From Candidatus Methylomirabilis oxygeniifera (GTDB lineage: Bacteria; Methylomirabilota; Methylomirabilia; Methylomirabilales; Methylomirabilaceae): a DNA stretch of 32,000 nucleotides. The stretch spans positions 630,001 to 662,000 of the forward strand of contig FP565575.1 in assembly GCA_000091165.1 (NCBI GenBank), in the 5' to 3' direction. The notes under the pieces were generated by a model that did not search any database, was not told the origin of the DNA, and saw only the letters and a program-made list of their open reading frames with translations. Shown here in pieces: positions 1 through 7,713 of the stretch. How positions within the stretch are numbered: position 1 is the stretch's first letter; every line of letters begins with the position of its first letter. The position numbers were made by a program, and so were the translations under genes.

Positions 1-775
1 CATGCACCACCATTGCCCGTCCGGTCTTCTTGACCGAGGAGGCGATCGTGGACATATCCATCGGCTGAAGTGTCCGGAGGTCCACCACCTCCAGGTCGAT
101 CCCTTCAGGTAGGAGCCGCTCCGCCGCTGCGAGTGCGTGCTGGAGCATGGCGCCGTAGGTGATGACACTGATGGTACTGCCTGATCTTTTGACCTCCGCC
201 TGGCCGATCGGCACGATCGAATCTCCCTCCGGCACCTCCCCTTTGATGTGGCGATAGAGGTACTTGTGCTCGAAGTAGATCACGGGATTGGGATCGCGGA
301 TGGCAGCTTTCAGGAGTCCCTTCGCATCGGCAGGAGTAGAGGGGGCCACCAGCTTCAGCCCGGCCACATGAAAGAACCACGCCTCCGGACATTGGGAATG
401 GAACGGCCCCGCGTGGAGTCCGCCGCCGTAAGGGGCCCGAATGACCATGGGGACCGGTTCGCCGAGGCGGTAGTGATGTTTGGCCGCCATATTGACGATC
501 TGGTCAAAGGCGCAGGCGATGAAGTCGGCGAACTGCATCTCGACGACGGGCCGCATCCCCATGAGGGCCGCGCCGATTGCGGCCCCGACGAATGCCGACT
601 CGGACAACGGCGTATCGATCACGCGCTCCGATCCGAACTTATCTAGGAACCCCTTCGTCACCTTGAAAGCACCGCCGTAGACCCCGATGTCTTCTCCCAG
701 CATGAAGACGCGCTCATCCCGGTCCATTTCCTCCCACAAGGCTTGGCGGATCGCTTCAAGATAGGTGATTTCCAT
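1..775 (-). CDS. 2-oxoacid (pyruvate/acetoin/branched-chain) dehydrogenase E1 component, beta subunit; 3' end runs off the window
   Basis: Own translation of the minus strand from ATG at 775 gives MEITYLEAIRQALWEEMDRDERVFMLGEDIGVYGGAFKVTKGFLDKFGSERVIDTPLSE..., a typical E1-beta N-terminus. A GAGGAG SD lies 5 nt upstream. It sits directly downstream of the E1 alpha gene. It is absent from the ORF track because no stop falls inside the window. Confidence 0.85.
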   Translation of the reverse strand, partial: MEITYLEAIRQALWEEMDRDERVFMLGEDIGVYGGAFKVTKGFLDKFGSERVIDTPLSESAFVGAAIGAALMGMRPVVEMQFADFIACAFDQIVNMAAKHHYRLGEPVPMVIRAPYGGGLHAGPFHSQCPEAWFFHVAGLKLVAPSTPADAKGLLKAAIRDPNPVIYFEHKYLYRHIKGEVPEGDSIVPIGQAEVKRSGSTISVITYGAMLQHALAAAERLLPEGIDLEVVDLRTLQPMDMSTIASSVKKTGRAMVVH

Positions 776-809
776 CCTGTCTCCTCACAATACAACGAAT
801 AGCTGCCGG

Positions 810-1781
810 CTAAGCGGCGTAGACTCCCTCAAGGAGTTCCTTCGCATCCGGAAGCGGGCTCGATTCTGCGAAGAGGACCGCTTCCTCGATCTCCTTCGCG
901 ATGCGGTCGTCGATCGTCTTGGCGGAGGCGTCATCAAGGATCTTCCGGTCACGCAGGCAGGCGGCGAATCGATCGATGGGGTCCCGCTTTCGCCACTCTT
1001 CGAGCAGGCCGGGCGGGACATACGAGGCGTCGTCATGCTCGGCATGACCGCGCATCCGCATCGTTTTGCCTTCCACGAGAGACGGGCCGTCGCCCGCTCT
1101 CGCGCGAGCGATCGCCTCAGCGACGGCATCGTGGACGGCCAGCACATCGTTGCCGTCCACGATGATGCCAGGCATCCCGTAGGCTTTGGCGCGATCGGCA
1201 ACATGCTCGATAGCCATCTGACGAGAAAGCGGGGTGGAGTAGGCGTACTGATTGTTGTGGCAGATGAAGACGACGGGCAGTTTGAGTACCGCCGCAAGGT
1301 TCAGCGCCTCATGGAAATCACCGCGGCTTGACGCGCCGTCGCCGAAGAATGCCGCCACCACTCGCCGCTCGCGCCGAAGCTTGAAGGTCAGGGCAACGCC
1401 TGCCGCCACCGGCAGCAGGTCGGCCATCGGACTGATGAATCCGATGATGCCGCGCGTGATATCGCCGAAATGCACATTGCCGTCCCGCCCCCTGGTCAAC
1501 CCGGTCTGCCTGGCGAGGTAGTGGGTCATGTACTCCTTCGGCGTGATCCCTTTCACGAGGTTGGCGCCAAGATCCCGATGGGTAGGGGCGATAACGTCAT
1601 CGCGTTCCAGCGCTGATGCGCTTCCCACCGCGATGGCCTCTTCGCCGTTACCGAGGTAGACGCCGCCGACGATCTTTCCCTGTCGGTAGAGCGTAATCAC
1701 CCGCTGTTCCATCCCGCGGGTGAGCTTGAGGTAGTAATAGATATTCAGCAACTCGTCCGGTGCGGGCTTCCGAACCCCCAT
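810..1781 (-). CDS. 2-oxoacid dehydrogenase E1 component, alpha subunit (TPP-dependent)
   Basis: 323-aa ORF. Segments such as YRQGKIVGGVYLGNGEEAIAVG, THRDLGANLVKG, FFGDGASSRGDFHEALNLAAVLKLPVVFICHNNQYA (TPP-binding GDG...NN motif) and MRGHAEHDD are characteristic of E1 alpha. It is followed 35 nt later by E1 beta. Confidence 0.9.
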   Translation of the reverse strand: MGVRKPAPDELLNIYYYLKLTRGMEQRVITLYRQGKIVGGVYLGNGEEAIAVGSASALERDDVIAPTHRDLGANLVKGITPKEYMTHYLARQTGLTRGRDGNVHFGDITRGIIGFISPMADLLPVAAGVALTFKLRRERRVVAAFFGDGASSRGDFHEALNLAAVLKLPVVFICHNNQYAYSTPLSRQMAIEHVADRAKAYGMPGIIVDGNDVLAVHDAVAEAIARARAGDGPSLVEGKTMRMRGHAEHDDASYVPPGLLEEWRKRDPIDRFAACLRDRKILDDASAKTIDDRIAKEIEEAVLFAESSPLPDAKELLEGVYAA

Positions 1782-1925
1782 CGCGCCACCTCTCCCCTGT
1801 GTGGTACAAAGCGGCTTCGCCTTAACGGGCCGTAGTATAGTCTGTCCAAACTGTGTTTGTAAATCATTTCATCATGCACGCGAACATCTTCCGCCGTCTG
1901 CTGAACAGGCTGTCCCGTGGTATTC

Positions 1926-2039
1926 TCAGCGTCCCATCGCGAACATCATCACGATGATCAAAGCAATAGCGACAGCCGCCACAATCAGTAGTAGGCGAGT
2001 AGCCCTTCGTGTATATTTGTCTATACGTCGATGTGGCAT
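1926..2039 (-). CDS. Possible 37-aa single-pass membrane peptide (hypothetical)
   Basis: Own translation gives MPHRRIDKYTRRATRLLLIVAAVAIALIIVMMFAMGR*: a basic N-terminus followed by about 20 hydrophobic residues. GGAG lies about 6 nt upstream of the ATG. It is co-directional with and upstream of the E1 alpha gene. It is below the ORF-track size cutoff and has no homology support. Confidence 0.2.
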   Translation of the reverse strand: MPHRRIDKYTRRATRLLLIVAAVAIALIIVMMFAMGR

Positions 2040-2371
2040 CTCTTACTCCACCGCGGTAGTCTTCGCCTCTTAGGGCCCGCTCAGAAACCATTCTCACCAT
2101 AGCATACGGCCCTCAGCCTCCGCTATAGCAGTTCACTTCCAGACTCCCCTTCGCCATCCTTTTGAAAGGGGGAGAGCTGAGATTGCCGCACGGCCTTCGG
2201 TCGCTCGCAATGACAAACATACGAGCGAGTTGCGCGATCGATCTCCATTCTTAGGCACTCCAACGCGATGCGGTCGCAGGACCCGCGCTGACAGGAGTCG
2301 TGTGATAAGCATCTGAAAGCTAAAGATGGGCTATGGAAGCGGATTTTCCGGAATAGCCTTCAGGAAAAAAC

Positions 2372-2399
2372 TTGACAGTCCCGGAATCGTCAGTAATAT
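2372..2399 (+). promoter_or_regulatory. Candidate sigma70-type promoter for the arc-dop-prcBA operon
   Basis: TTGACA (2372-2377), a 16-nt spacer, then TAATAT (2394-2399). An A-rich tract (caggaaaaaa) precedes it. It lies about 90 nt upstream of the arc start. Confidence 0.35.
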
Positions 2400-2486
2400 A
2401 AAAGTTAGATCCTGTAGTGTGCGGCCCTTGGATTGCGTGATGCGACGACCGGCGACAGAACCAAGGGGCAAGGAGGTCAGGCGATC

Positions 2487-4316
2487 ATGAGTGATCCTGA
2501 GAAGGGCTCGGCGAAGTTAAGCTCTTTTAGAAAGACCATGCGGAAGCTTTCTGAACAGCTTCCGGGGAGCGAGACCACGTACACCCGTAAGCTTTCTCGG
2601 TATGAGGGTGAGATCGAGGCGCTTCAAGCGCAGGTGAAGACGCTCGAAGAGGAGGTCTATCACCTTCAGCGACGACTGGATCAGACTCCCAAAGAGTTCG
2701 AGTTTCTCCGATCCAAGCTCGACCAGTCCCGCGAGCAGTTGGGTCAGGCGCATAATCAGAATCAGCGGATGGTCGAGGCCCTACAGCAGGCGAAGGAGCA
2801 GATAGAGAGCCTTCGTGAGGAAGTAGAGAAGCTCTCCGCCCCGCCGAGCCCGTATGGGATCTTTGCGTCGATGAACTCCGACCAGACGGCAAACATCTAT
2901 ACGGGCGGCCGGAAGATGAAGGTCAATCTTCACCCTTCAGTACGTCCGGATACGTTGCGTAAGGGCCAGGAGCTCATCCTGAATGAAGCGTTCAATGTCA
3001 TTGAGGCGGCAGGCTTCGATGAGCAGGGCGAGGTTGTGACCCTGAAAGACCTGCTCGATGAAGGTCGCGCTGTGGTCACACTGCGCGCCGATGAGATGCG
3101 AGTGGTTGAGCTGGCCGATCCGCTGCGGCAACTCTCCCTCAAAGCGGGTGACCATCTGCTCCTCGATCCGCGATCGGGGCACATTCTGGAGAAGTTACCC
3201 AAGACCGATGCCCAGGAGCTGTTCCTCGAGGAGGTTCCGAGTATCGGCTATGAGGCCATCGGCGGGCTCGGTCCTCAGATCGAGATGATCAGGGATGCCA
3301 TCGAGCTGCCGCATCTGTACGTTGACTATTTCAGAGAACACCAGCTCCAGCCCCCGAAGGGGGTGTTGCTCTATGGGCCGCCGGGTTGCGGCAAGACCCT
3401 GATCGCGAAGGCGGTCGCGCACTCGCTGGCCGAGCAACTGGCAAAGAAGACGGGACAGGCAGTCAAAGGCTACTTCTTGAACGTCAAGGGTCCTGAGTTG
3501 CTGAACAAATATGTCGGCGAGACGGAACGGCAGATACGGGAGATCTTCGGCAGGGCCAAGGAGAAGGCCACCGAGGGATCGCCGGTCGTTATCTTTTTTG
3601 ATGAGATGGACTCTCTCTTCCGGACTCGTGGTTCGGGCATCTCCTCGGATATAGAGTCTACGATCGTTCCGCAGTTCCTGGCGGAGCTGGATGGTGTAGA
3701 GGGGCTCAAGCACGTGATCGTCATCGGGGCTACGAACCGGCAGGATCTCATCGACCCGGCTGTCCTGCGTCCTGGACGTTTCGATGTCAAGATTAAAATC
3801 GACCGGCCCGATCAGAGTGCGGCTCATGAGATCTTCGCAAAGTATCTGACGGCCGAACTGCCGTTTGCAGCGACTGAACTCAAGACGCATGGGACGCGTG
3901 AAAAGGCGGCGGCAGCCATGATTGCGGCGGCCATTGAGCTTCTGTACGCCACAGTCCCTGAGCACCGCTTTCTGGAGGTCACGTACGCCTCCGGCCAGCA
4001 GGAAACGCTGTACTTCAAGGATTTCGCTTCGGGCGCCATGATCGAATCGGTCTGTACAAGGGCCAAGAAGCGGGCGGTCAAGCGGATGATCGCGACAGGC
4101 GTCAAGGGCCTGACGGTGGAAGACCTGCTCGATGCGGTCCGGACCGAGTTCAGGGAGAATGAAGATCTGCCGAATACCACCAATCCGGACGACTGGGCCA
4201 AGATTGCCGGTCGGCGAAGCGAGCGCATCGTGAATGTGCGGACAGTCTTCGACCGTGAAGAGAAAGAGAAGAAGTCCCGCAAGGTTGAAACCATCTCCAC
4301 CGGCCACTATCTATGA
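2487..4316 (+). CDS. arc: Proteasome-associated AAA+ ATPase ARC/Mpa
   Basis: Start moved to ATG 2487, with AGGAGG at 2471-2476 and a 10-nt spacer, giving 609 aa. It has a long N-terminal coiled coil (EIEALQAQVKTLEEEVYHLQRRLDQ...), Walker A GPPGCGKT, Walker B VVIFFDEMD and ATNRQDLIDPAVLRPGRFD. The C-terminus ends ...TGHYL, resembling the Mpa GQYL proteasome-docking tail as I recall it. Confidence 0.93.
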   Translation: MSDPEKGSAKLSSFRKTMRKLSEQLPGSETTYTRKLSRYEGEIEALQAQVKTLEEEVYHLQRRLDQTPKEFEFLRSKLDQSREQLGQAHNQNQRMVEALQQAKEQIESLREEVEKLSAPPSPYGIFASMNSDQTANIYTGGRKMKVNLHPSVRPDTLRKGQELILNEAFNVIEAAGFDEQGEVVTLKDLLDEGRAVVTLRADEMRVVELADPLRQLSLKAGDHLLLDPRSGHILEKLPKTDAQELFLEEVPSIGYEAIGGLGPQIEMIRDAIELPHLYVDYFREHQLQPPKGVLLYGPPGCGKTLIAKAVAHSLAEQLAKKTGQAVKGYFLNVKGPELLNKYVGETERQIREIFGRAKEKATEGSPVVIFFDEMDSLFRTRGSGISSDIESTIVPQFLAELDGVEGLKHVIVIGATNRQDLIDPAVLRPGRFDVKIKIDRPDQSAAHEIFAKYLTAELPFAATELKTHGTREKAAAAMIAAAIELLYATVPEHRFLEVTYASGQQETLYFKDFASGAMIESVCTRAKKRAVKRMIATGVKGLTVEDLLDAVRTEFRENEDLPNTTNPDDWAKIAGRRSERIVNVRTVFDREEKEKKSRKVETISTGHYL

Positions 4317-4504
4317 TGAGGCGTAATTGCGCAGGTAGATAGACCGAAGACTGTAGGTTTTTAATTGAGAGATTTGCACTACCGACTAAATTCAGCGAAG
4401 CGTTCGGGTTTCTTGCCCAACGGGAATTCATCACGTGAACCAAGAGCCGTAGAAACCAAGAAGGTCTTGAATGGCTTGATGCCTCGTCTTGCGATAATGT
4501 ATAA

Positions 4505-4536
4505 CCTTCAGCCTTCAGCCTAAACACCTGAGTAGC
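4505..4536. repeat. Isolated C-arm copy of the REP-like element just upstream of dop
   Basis: CCTTCAGCCTTCAGCCTAAACACCTGAGTAG. The tail CCTAAACACCTGAGTAG matches CCTTAACACCTGAGTAG at 16557-16573, upstream of ankyrin paralog 5. Confidence 0.55.
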
Positions 4537-4541
4537 TACAC

Positions 4542-6026
4542 ATGGCGATCGAAAAGATCATGGGGACCGAGACCGAGTTAGGGATCAGCGCTAAGGATCC
4601 CCGCGGGTTCGATCCCGTGTCCGGCTCCATCCTGTTGATTAACAGTCATCGTCCCATCGCTGAGGTGAAGGCGATATGGGATTATACCAGTGAGAACCCG
4701 CTCCTCGATGCCCGCGGATTCGAGGTGAGCGGGGAGCGCGAAAGGCCGAGTCAACAGGATAACCGCACCATCAATAAGCTGCTTCGAAACGGGGGCCGCC
4801 TCTATGTCGATGGGGCCCATCCCGAATACTCGACGCCGGAGTGCGCGGCCGCCCGGGACGTCGTTTGTTACGAGAAGGCGGGCGAGCGGATCTTCGAGCT
4901 GTGCCTGGCCTCAGCCAACCTGACCTTGCCGGAGCGGCAACGGATCGTTGTCTACAAGAATAATAGTGACGGGAAGGGGAACAGCTACGGCCACCATGAA
5001 AACTACCTGATGGAACGGCGGGTTCCATTTGACCGGATTGTCCAGGGGCTCGCTCCGTTTCTGGCGACCCGTCAGATCTTTGCGGGCTCGGGGAAGGTCG
5101 GGGCCGAAAACGGCGGCGAGTGTTGCGACTTTCAGATCTCTCAACGGGCCGACTTCTTCGAAACTTTTATCGGTCTCGACACCATGGCCAAGCGTCCCAT
5201 CATCAACACCCGCGATGAGCCCCACGCCGACGAGGAGAAGTACCGCCGCCTGCACGTCATTGTCGGCGACTCCAACATGTCGGAGGTCGCGACCTATCTG
5301 AAGGTCGGCACCACCGCCATCGTCCTCGCCATGGTCGAGGACGGCGTCATCACACGCGACCTCGCCCTCGAGGACCCCGTCCGGGCCATCAAGGAGATCT
5401 CCCACGACATCACCTGCCGCCGCCGGGTGCGCCTGAAGCGCGGCAAGGAGTTCTCCGCCGTTGAGATTCAGCGGGAGTACCTCGACCTGGCCCTCGAGTA
5501 CTACCAGGGCCGCGAACGCAGCCCCCAGGTGGCCGACCTTCTCGAGAAGTGGCAGTACGTCCTGGACAAGCTGGCGGAGGACCCGATGACGCTCAACCGC
5601 GAGCTCGACTGGGTCATCAAACACGGACTCATCACCTCCTACATCGCCCGCAAGGGTTGCTCCTTCGACGACCAGCGCGTCTTCATGCTGGACCTGCAGT
5701 ATCATGATCTCCGTCGGGACAAGGGACTCTACTTTACTCTGGAGCGCCAGGGATATGTTGAGCGGATCGTGACTGACGAAGAGATTCTTATGGCCATGAA
5801 GACGCCTCCAGCGGATACACGGGCCTACTTCCGCGGAATGTGCCTCGAGAAGTATCCTGACGAGGTCTACGGGGCGAGTTGGAGTTCGGTGCTCTTCGAT
5901 ACCGGCGAGGCCGCGGTGAAACGGATTCCCATGACCGATCCGTTGAGGGGTACGCAGAAATTGGCGAGCGAACTGCTGGATCGCTCCGACACCGCCGCGG
6001 AGTTGTTGGAGAATATCGCGGTCTAG
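4542..6026 (+). CDS. dop: Pup deamidase/depupylase Dop (Dop/PafA carboxylate-amine ligase family)
   Basis: 494 aa with family motifs MGTETELG, HPEYSTPEC, NSYGHHENY, INTRDEPHADEEKYRRLHVIVGDSNMSE. It carries about 30 more residues than the downstream paralog between the N-terminal GxExE strand and HPEYxTPEC, which matches my recollection of the Dop-specific loop. Its position right after arc and before prcB is the canonical dop position. Residues about 220-389 lie in the block shared with pafA, so only the flanks discriminate the two genes. Confidence 0.85.
   Translation: MAIEKIMGTETELGISAKDPRGFDPVSGSILLINSHRPIAEVKAIWDYTSENPLLDARGFEVSGERERPSQQDNRTINKLLRNGGRLYVDGAHPEYSTPECAAARDVVCYEKAGERIFELCLASANLTLPERQRIVVYKNNSDGKGNSYGHHENYLMERRVPFDRIVQGLAPFLATRQIFAGSGKVGAENGGECCDFQISQRADFFETFIGLDTMAKRPIINTRDEPHADEEKYRRLHVIVGDSNMSEVATYLKVGTTAIVLAMVEDGVITRDLALEDPVRAIKEISHDITCRRRVRLKRGKEFSAVEIQREYLDLALEYYQGRERSPQVADLLEKWQYVLDKLAEDPMTLNRELDWVIKHGLITSYIARKGCSFDDQRVFMLDLQYHDLRRDKGLYFTLERQGYVERIVTDEEILMAMKTPPADTRAYFRGMCLEKYPDEVYGASWSSVLFDTGEAAVKRIPMTDPLRGTQKLASELLDRSDTAAELLENIAV
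5198..5707 (+). repeat. Copy A of a 510-bp perfect direct repeat (inside dop)
   Basis: Base-by-base comparison of 5198-5707 with 8280-8789 (offset 3082) found no mismatch. The flanking bases differ on both sides (c5197/g8279, t5708/c8790). The block is in frame in both genes. Confidence 0.97.
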
Positions 6027-6055
6027 CGCATACGCGCTCCATTCGGGATACCTAT

Positions 6056-6907
6056 ATGCACTCGTTGTTCGATTCCATAGTTCCAGGTTCGAGTTTTTTT
6101 GACCTGCTCCGGCAGTGTCGCTCGGACCTGCTGCCGCAGATGCCGATCAAGCCGGAAGGCCTGTCGCAGGTCGAGATCCGGGAGTTGATGGAGCAACCTC
6201 ATGGGACCACCATTCTCGCGATGAGGTTCCGAGATGGAGCCCTCATCGCGGGCGATCGGCAGGCGACTGAGGGTTATCAGATCTCGTCACGGCGAATCGA
6301 AAAGGTCTACAAGGCGGATCAGTACTCGGCCATCGCTATTGCCGGCGTCGCCGGTCCGTGCATCGAGATGGCCAAGCTGTTTGAAGTGGAGCTGACTCAC
6401 TACGAGAAGCTGGAAGGAATGTCGCTCTCGTTGGAGGGAAAGGCGAACAAGTTGTCTCAGATGGTCAAGGCCAATCTCCCGATGGCGATGCAGGGATTGG
6501 TGGTGATCCCGATCTTTGTCGGCTACGACGTCAGAAGCGGTGACGGTAAGATTTTCAAGTACGATGTCACCGGCGGCAGGTACGAGGAAACGGATTACTA
6601 CGCGACAGGCTCCGGCGGGAAGGACGCCCGCTCCACGATGAAAAAGCTGTATCGCGATCGTATGACTGAGGACGAGGCGATAGCAGTCGGGCTGGAGGCG
6701 CTGATTGACGCGGCGGAGGAGGACGTAGGGACCGGAGGCCCCGACTTTATTCGCGGAGTCTTTCCTACTGTCAAGCTGGCTGCTAAGGCGGGTCTGCAGG
6801 ATGTGCCGGAGATCCGCGTCAGAGAACTCTGCCAGGCTATTATCGATCGCCGCAAGCTGGTTGAGAGAGGGGCGAAGGGTGAGACCGGGGTGGGTGAGGT
6901 GAGCTGA
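6056..6907 (+). CDS. prcB: 20S proteasome beta subunit PrcB with propeptide
   Basis: Start taken at ATG 6056; the track start at 5879 overlaps dop. The sequence ...EQPHG/TTILAMRFRDGALIAGDRQATEG... carries the G/T autoprocessing site exposing Thr1. VELTHYEKLEG resembles mycobacterial PrcB from memory. The stop overlaps the prcA start (TGATG). Confidence 0.93.
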   Translation: MHSLFDSIVPGSSFFDLLRQCRSDLLPQMPIKPEGLSQVEIRELMEQPHGTTILAMRFRDGALIAGDRQATEGYQISSRRIEKVYKADQYSAIAIAGVAGPCIEMAKLFEVELTHYEKLEGMSLSLEGKANKLSQMVKANLPMAMQGLVVIPIFVGYDVRSGDGKIFKYDVTGGRYEETDYYATGSGGKDARSTMKKLYRDRMTEDEAIAVGLEALIDAAEEDVGTGGPDFIRGVFPTVKLAAKAGLQDVPEIRVRELCQAIIDRRKLVERGAKGETGVGEVS

Positions 6908-7602
6908 TGGCGCTTCCGTATTACGTGTCACCAGAGCAGATGATGCAGGATAAGGCGGAGTATGCCCGGAAGGGGATCGCCAGAGGAAAATCGATCATCG
7001 TTCTGGAATATGCTGACGGAATGATGCTGGTGGCTGAGAATCCCAGCGCGTCACTCAATAAGATCTCAGAGATTTACGACCGGATCGCCTTTGCCGGCGC
7101 CGGGCGGTACAGCGAGTTCGAAAATCTCCGGAAGGCGGGGATTCGGTATGCGGACCTGAAGGGGTTTGCGTATGACCGGGAAGACGTGACGGCCAAGTCG
7201 CTCGCCAATGCCTACTCTCAGACCATCGGCAATATTTTCAGCGAGGCGATGAAGCCGCTGGAGGTAGATATTTTAGTGGTAGAAGTGGCCGATGGCGGAG
7301 GACTGCCTAATGAGGTATATCGGATTGCCTTTGACGGCAGCATCTACGACGAGAAGGGGTTTGCTGCAATCGGCGGGCAGGCTGAAGAGATCAGGCAGCA
7401 CCTGAAGGACAAATACCAGACGGGACTTGATCGGAAGGCGGCTCTCAGGCTGGCTATACAGGCGCTGGAAGCCGTGAGCAGTACGAAGATCGAATCGAGA
7501 AGCCTGGAGGTGGCGATCCTGGAGCGCAGTCGCACGGGCCGGAAGTTCCGCCGCCTTTCCCAGGATGATCTCACGACAATTCTCACCGATACAGAGTCAT
7601 AG
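6907..7602 (+). CDS. prcA: 20S proteasome alpha subunit PrcA
   Basis: 231 aa. MALPYYVSPEQMMQDKAEYARKGIARGKSIIVLEYADGMMLVAENPSASLNKISEIYDRIAFAGAG closely parallels actinobacterial PrcA as I recall it. It is translationally coupled to prcB. Confidence 0.93.
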   Translation: MALPYYVSPEQMMQDKAEYARKGIARGKSIIVLEYADGMMLVAENPSASLNKISEIYDRIAFAGAGRYSEFENLRKAGIRYADLKGFAYDREDVTAKSLANAYSQTIGNIFSEAMKPLEVDILVVEVADGGGLPNEVYRIAFDGSIYDEKGFAAIGGQAEEIRQHLKDKYQTGLDRKAALRLAIQALEAVSSTKIESRSLEVAILERSRTGRKFRRLSQDDLTTILTDTES

Positions 7603-7666
7603 CTCCGCACGATTCTCCAGCCCCGCACCACGTACCTTAGACCTCGCACATATCTACGGAATTCCA

Positions 7667-7695
7667 TTGACCGTCACAGGGCCTTCCGGTACGAT
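7667..7695 (+). promoter_or_regulatory. Candidate internal promoter upstream of pafA
   Basis: TTGACC (7667-7672), a 17-nt spacer, then TACGAT (7690-7695). It lies in the 111-nt prcA-pafA gap, 18 nt upstream of ATG 7714. Confidence 0.35.
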
Positions 7696-7713
7696 GATAA
7701 TGGAGTCGTTGCC

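Noticed and set aside
2326-2490. 54-aa ORF upstream of arc, considered as a possible displaced pup.
   Set aside because: The sequence is basic, not acidic or disordered, and ends ...VRRS rather than GGQ/GGE. It spans the predicted promoter and SD of arc.
3195-4307. 370-aa antisense ORF over arc. Comparable antisense ORFs lie over cytochrome b (21378-22445), the cytochrome c gene (22879-23667), dop/pafA (4911-5705, 8221-8895) and narI/narJ (26101-27051, 26691-27743).
   Set aside because: The opposite or alternative frame carries textbook motifs (Walker A/B, heme ligands, CxxCH, NarI/NarJ). These ORFs have no motifs and arise from GC-rich sequence.
5940-6026. Possibility that Pup is fused to the C-terminus of Dop.
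   Set aside because: The Dop tail (DPLRGTQKLASELLDRSDTAAELLENIAV) matches the usual Dop/PafA C-terminal helix region. It lacks an acidic disordered segment or a terminal GGQ/GGE.
5879-6055. Upstream extensions offered by the ORF track: prcB from 5879, arc from 2433, the GltD-like gene from 18642, Rieske from 20680, ankyrin 3 from 14479 and ankyrin 6 from 17594.
   Set aside because: The extensions overlap upstream genes or consist of Arg/Pro-rich read-through. Internal starts with good SDs restore canonical N-termini (propeptide, MG-tag, MSEDL..., MSKPG...).
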